A stretch of 60,762 nt of DNA, filler included, from Candidatus Woesearchaeota archaeon (lineage in GTDB: Archaea > Nanobdellota > Nanobdellia > Woesearchaeales > GCA-2685855), in the NCBI GenBank assembly GCA_002685855.1. It is 4 parts of 4 records of this genome, joined end to end, with 100 filler letters (N's around TTAATTAATTAA, not from the genome) between each part and the next. Parts side by side here need not be neighbours in the genome. Positions count along the whole stretch, not along the records: positions 41,918 to 60,762 come from NYYS01000010.1; 3 more parts are not named here. One strand, 5' to 3'. The notes beneath the pieces were generated by a model. The model ran no database searches. It saw only the letters and a list, made by a program, of their open reading frames with translations, and was not told the DNA's origin. Of this stretch, positions 57,836 to 60,762 are shown one piece after another (the stretch's first letter is position 1; each line of letters begins with the position of its first letter). The position numbers and the translations under genes were made by a program.

Positions 57836-59152
57836 CTAACTGAGTTTAAGAAGATCCCCATTCTTCAAAAGAGGTGTTTTCTCTTTAGAAAAGCCGATCT
57901 CCTGGGCGAGTTCGCTGCTTGCCTGGTTTTTTTCAGGGGTGCCATGAGAGGGGATGACCTGTTCTGTATTGAGTAGGTGTAATAACTCCCGAATATCTTC
58001 TCTTCCTGCGTGTCCAGAAACATGGATGTCTTTGAAGATTCTGATGTGTTCTGATTTGAGTTCGGATTCAAGTCGTTCACGATTTTCTAAATTGACAGGC
58101 GTGGGTATAGTTTTGCAGCTGAAGATGACAATATCTTCTGGTTTGAAATTAAAGAGTTTCTTGTTCAGCATCTTTGATAGGGTTGCCTTGGGTTCTCCCT
58201 GGTGGCCTGTTACTACAAAGATATATTCATCAGGTTTTTTGATCTTTGCAAGCTCGCGCTTGATTTTGGATCCGTACTGCACCATCTCAACCTCTTTGGA
58301 AAACTGTACCAGTCCAATATCTTCTGCTGCAGTAGCATACTTTGCCAGACTGCGTCCCAGGAAGACTATCTTTCTTCCGAGCTTTGTGCCGATCTCGATG
58401 ATGGACTTCAAACGTGCAATATGAGAGCTGAACGTAGTAACAATAATTGCCTTTCCTTTTGTATCGATGCCGTACAAGGTATCTTTCAGCATCTCTTTTG
58501 CGATTGCTTCGCTTGGCGTGTGGCGGGGATCGTCTGCATAGAGACTGTCAACAATTACTGCTTTTAGTTTGAGTTCCTTTAATCGTTTTAGGTTGGGCTT
58601 TTTTCCTATTACAGGTGTGAAGTCGAGTTTGAAATCATTGGTGTAGAGAATGTTCCCTTCAGGCGTATGGACACAGATCATGACTGCCTGGGGGATGCTG
58701 TGCGTTGCTGAGATGAACTCAAGTTTAATATGCTTACTCACTGGAAAGATGCTGTTTTCTGAATGAGGAAGAAGATCATTTCTTACAGTTATTCCATCAT
58801 CTTTGAGTAATGCTTTTAGAACAGAGATTGTGTACGGCGATCCATGAATCGGGCAGGGAAACTTATCTCCAAGAAAAGGAATAGCTCCCAGATGATCAAG
58901 ATGTGCATGAGAAATCGCAATTGCTTTTATCTTGGGTATCCATTCTTTTATCTTTCGAATATCTGGAACTGCATTATGATCCATAAGAAGTTGAGGATTC
59001 ATCTTTACAACATCTTCATCCTCTGTCAATGCAACATAGTGTTCCATGTGCAGACCAAGATCCAGAAGAACTGCTTCATCGTTATAACGAATCAGTGTGG
59101 AGTTTCTTCCAATTTCACCATAGCCGCCAACAGGGATGATCTCAAGAACCAT
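57836..59152 (-). CDS. rnj: Ribonuclease J (beta-CASP)
   Basis: GGYGEIGRN, SHAHLDHLG, THSIP, TFSSHIAR, TGHQGEP, HVSGHA, PSHG. Confidence 0.94.
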   Translation of the reverse strand: MVLEIIPVGGYGEIGRNSTLIRYNDEAVLLDLGLHMEHYVALTEDEDVVKMNPQLLMDHNAVPDIRKIKEWIPKIKAIAISHAHLDHLGAIPFLGDKFPCPIHGSPYTISVLKALLKDDGITVRNDLLPHSENSIFPVSKHIKLEFISATHSIPQAVMICVHTPEGNILYTNDFKLDFTPVIGKKPNLKRLKELKLKAVIVDSLYADDPRHTPSEAIAKEMLKDTLYGIDTKGKAIIVTTFSSHIARLKSIIEIGTKLGRKIVFLGRSLAKYATAAEDIGLVQFSKEVEMVQYGSKIKRELAKIKKPDEYIFVVTGHQGEPKATLSKMLNKKLFNFKPEDIVIFSCKTIPTPVNLENRERLESELKSEHIRIFKDIHVSGHAGREDIRELLHLLNTEQVIPSHGTPEKNQASSELAQEIGFSKEKTPLLKNGDLLKLS

Positions 59153-59187
59153 TATAGAACAGATTGAGAGGGAATATTTAAATGTTC

Positions 59188-59586
59188 TTACTCTAGAAAA
59201 TAATTTCTTACTTCTTCAGGCCAAACAGAAACTGATTCTGGACTGCAAAAGACGGAAACTTCTTCTTTTTTTACCCAGCACACATCTATTAGATCGCTTC
59301 CGGGTGTGCAGGTTATTGAAGAAGGGAGGCATTCATACCAGCGCACTTCAACATCCTCTTTTGGGTGTGATGTAGCTAGATAGCGGACGGCCTGCAGATC
59401 TATCCCTGCCTCTTCTCGTATTCCCCGTATCAATGCATCGAGATCCGACTCCTTTCCCTCTATTGTTTCTCCCGGAAGATGCCAGCGTCCTTTTAGAAAA
59501 CTTTCAGAGGCTTCGGTTTTTTTTCCAACAAGAACATATTCATTATTCACTACAATAGCAACAACTGCGGTAATCCCTTCCCCCAT
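59188..59586 (-). CDS. NUDIX hydrolase with a degenerate box
   Basis: WHLPGETIEGKESDLDALIRGIREEAGI. Confidence 0.8.
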   Translation of the reverse strand: MGEGITAVVAIVVNNEYVLVGKKTEASESFLKGRWHLPGETIEGKESDLDALIRGIREEAGIDLQAVRYLATSHPKEDVEVRWYECLPSSITCTPGSDLIDVCWVKKEEVSVFCSPESVSVWPEEVRNYFLE

Positions 59587-59686
59587 AGAATAAGAAATAG
59601 TGCTATCTATTTAATAATTTCGAAAGAAGTTGAGAACTGTCTTTTTTAATAGGAAGAACGATTAATAGTTCTTAATTTGCGCTTAC

Positions 59687-60049
59687 CTATCTCACAATCT
59701 CCACATTCTTCATTCCTTTAAATGCGCGGTCTCCTGTTACAAAGGCAAGATCGTGTTCAAGCGCATAGGTGTATCCAAAAGAATCTATGTAGGATAACTT
59801 TTTCTTTTTGTTTGCATATCGAAACAGCATTGCTTTTGAAATTGCAGATAAGGGAAAGTCTACAACGATTCGTGAAAACTTTTCACAATAGAATAATGCC
59901 TTTTTTTCACCATAGGTTTTTAACAGAAAATAGTACATCTCTGCTAGATTATCTCTTAAAGTAATCACGGTTTCTGAAAAATATTTTTTGTACTGTTCAT
60001 TTCCCTCTATCAATTCAATTAATGCATAGGTATCAAAAAAATAGTTCAT
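59687..60049 (-). CDS. VapC/PIN toxin
   Basis: FFDTYALIE, NLAE, LSYIDS, VTGD. Confidence 0.88.
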   Translation of the reverse strand: MNYFFDTYALIELIEGNEQYKKYFSETVITLRDNLAEMYYFLLKTYGEKKALFYCEKFSRIVVDFPLSAISKAMLFRYANKKKKLSYIDSFGYTYALEHDLAFVTGDRAFKGMKNVEIVR

Positions 60050-60050
60050 T

Positions 60051-60287
60051 TTAATTCGGGTCCAATTCTTCGTCTATCTCCTTTAAGAGTTCGTCTGTTG
60101 TCTTGTCTGTTTTTCGTTTCACTCCTTTCAGGGTTCCAAAGACCTCTCTGAGCACATTCGTCTTCTTCTTGATCGTGATCTCTACCTCATCATCTATCTC
60201 CAATCCCTCTTCCTGGAGCTCTTTTTTCGGAAGAACAATACCAACAGAGTTCCCCCACGCCTTGAGTTTTGTATCTGTAGCAATCAT
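60051..60287 (-). CDS. AbrB/MazE family antitoxin
   Basis: KLKAWGNSVGIVLPK; 1 nt upstream of the PIN gene. Confidence 0.9.
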   Translation of the reverse strand: MIATDTKLKAWGNSVGIVLPKKELQEEGLEIDDEVEITIKKKTNVLREVFGTLKGVKRKTDKTTDELLKEIDEELDPN

Positions 60288-60394
60288 ATTAATTAGATGT
60301 ATAATTAACTATTTAAATCTTTCCCTGCCCTTTTAAATAAAACCACAAAGTATTTAAACTACTGATCAGTAATGAAAACACACTATTTAATCCC

Positions 60395-60762
60395 ATGATA
60401 CAAGATAGAATTCCGGAACCTGAAAGCCCCCTTGTGCAGGAGCGCTGGATAGAGTGCTGGCTTGCTGCTCGAGAGCACCTTACCCCCCAGTATCAAACAG
60501 CTGTTAAAAAGATGCTGGCCACCAACCGCATCCCTGTAGAGGGTTCAGGGCTAGAGGTCCCGATGAGCGGTTTTGGAACCAGTGCAGCGATTCTCGGCCA
60601 AACCAGCACCACAATCACTGCAATAGATTGTGATCCCGCAGCCGTTGCTCTGGGCAGACAGCTTTATTCAGGTTTACCCACTCTAACCATAGAAGAAGCT
60701 AACGCATATGACCTTTCCCAACACAGGTTTTTAGACTTTGTGTACTCCCTGGGAGGATTGCA
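60395..60762 (+). CDS. Class I SAM-dependent methyltransferase-like protein, 3'-truncated at the window edge
   Basis: Open frame MIQDRIPE...GLEVPMSGFGTS...ITAIDCDP...EANAYDL...DFVYS matches motif I, II and IV order. Confidence 0.65.
   Translation, partial: MIQDRIPEPESPLVQERWIECWLAAREHLTPQYQTAVKKMLATNRIPVEGSGLEVPMSGFGTSAAILGQTSTTITAIDCDPAAVALGRQLYSGLPTLTIEEANAYDLSQHRFLDFVYSLGGL

Noticed and set aside
59188..59586. Degenerate NUDIX box as a sign of new function
   Set aside because: Such substitutions are common in this family and nothing else supports the idea.
1..60762. CRISPR array, DGR, intein, rRNA/tRNA or stop-codon reassignment
   Set aside because: I saw no spaced direct repeats, reverse transcriptase, intein motifs or RNA gene signatures. 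Conserved genes end normally at TAA, TAG and TGA. Short RNA genes could still be missed by eye.

Overview
Archaeal sequence, most likely a DPANN (Woesearchaeota-like) metagenome-assembled genome. The basis is archaeal ProRS, Cbf5, aIF2-gamma, uS7, Dph2 and PCNA, TATA-box promoters about 25 nt before ATGs, and class III signal peptides. The window is four contigs joined by artificial 100-nt linkers (N44-TTAATTAATTAA-N44) at 9046-9145, 17008-17107 and 41818-41917, so adjacency across these points means nothing. Contig 1 (1-9045): proS, rtcA, DUF1385, DUF357, PIN protein, cbf5, HTH regulator. Contig 2 (9146-17007): ten consecutive co-oriented genes with type IV pilin-like class III signal peptides, five of them carrying a six-cysteine module spaced like a beta-defensin. 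Contig 3 (17108-41817): PGF-pre-PGF surface glycoprotein, a grpE-ykgJ-orf-dnaK-dnaJ operon behind a tandem palindromic operator, TA pairs, two SPFH-like lipoproteins, an Lrp lacking its first HTH, a REP/MITE-like hairpin element, an AAA ATPase, an Ig/cadherin-repeat protein, EndoQ, argS, aIF2-gamma, rps7, Fic, a short Dph2, sppA and RDD. Contig 4 (41918-60762): pepA, a decayed beta-helix gene, a divergent RelA/SpoT-like synthetase behind a 34-codon uORF, trxB, a complete non-oxidative pentose phosphate operon with pgi, marC, frameshifted pyrF, pyrE-like, PCNA, RNase J, NUDIX and a TA pair. Contigs 1 and 3 show extreme A+C strand skew regardless of gene direction. I recognised no rRNA, tRNA or CRISPR array. 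All family calls come from reading motifs by eye; no database search was run.
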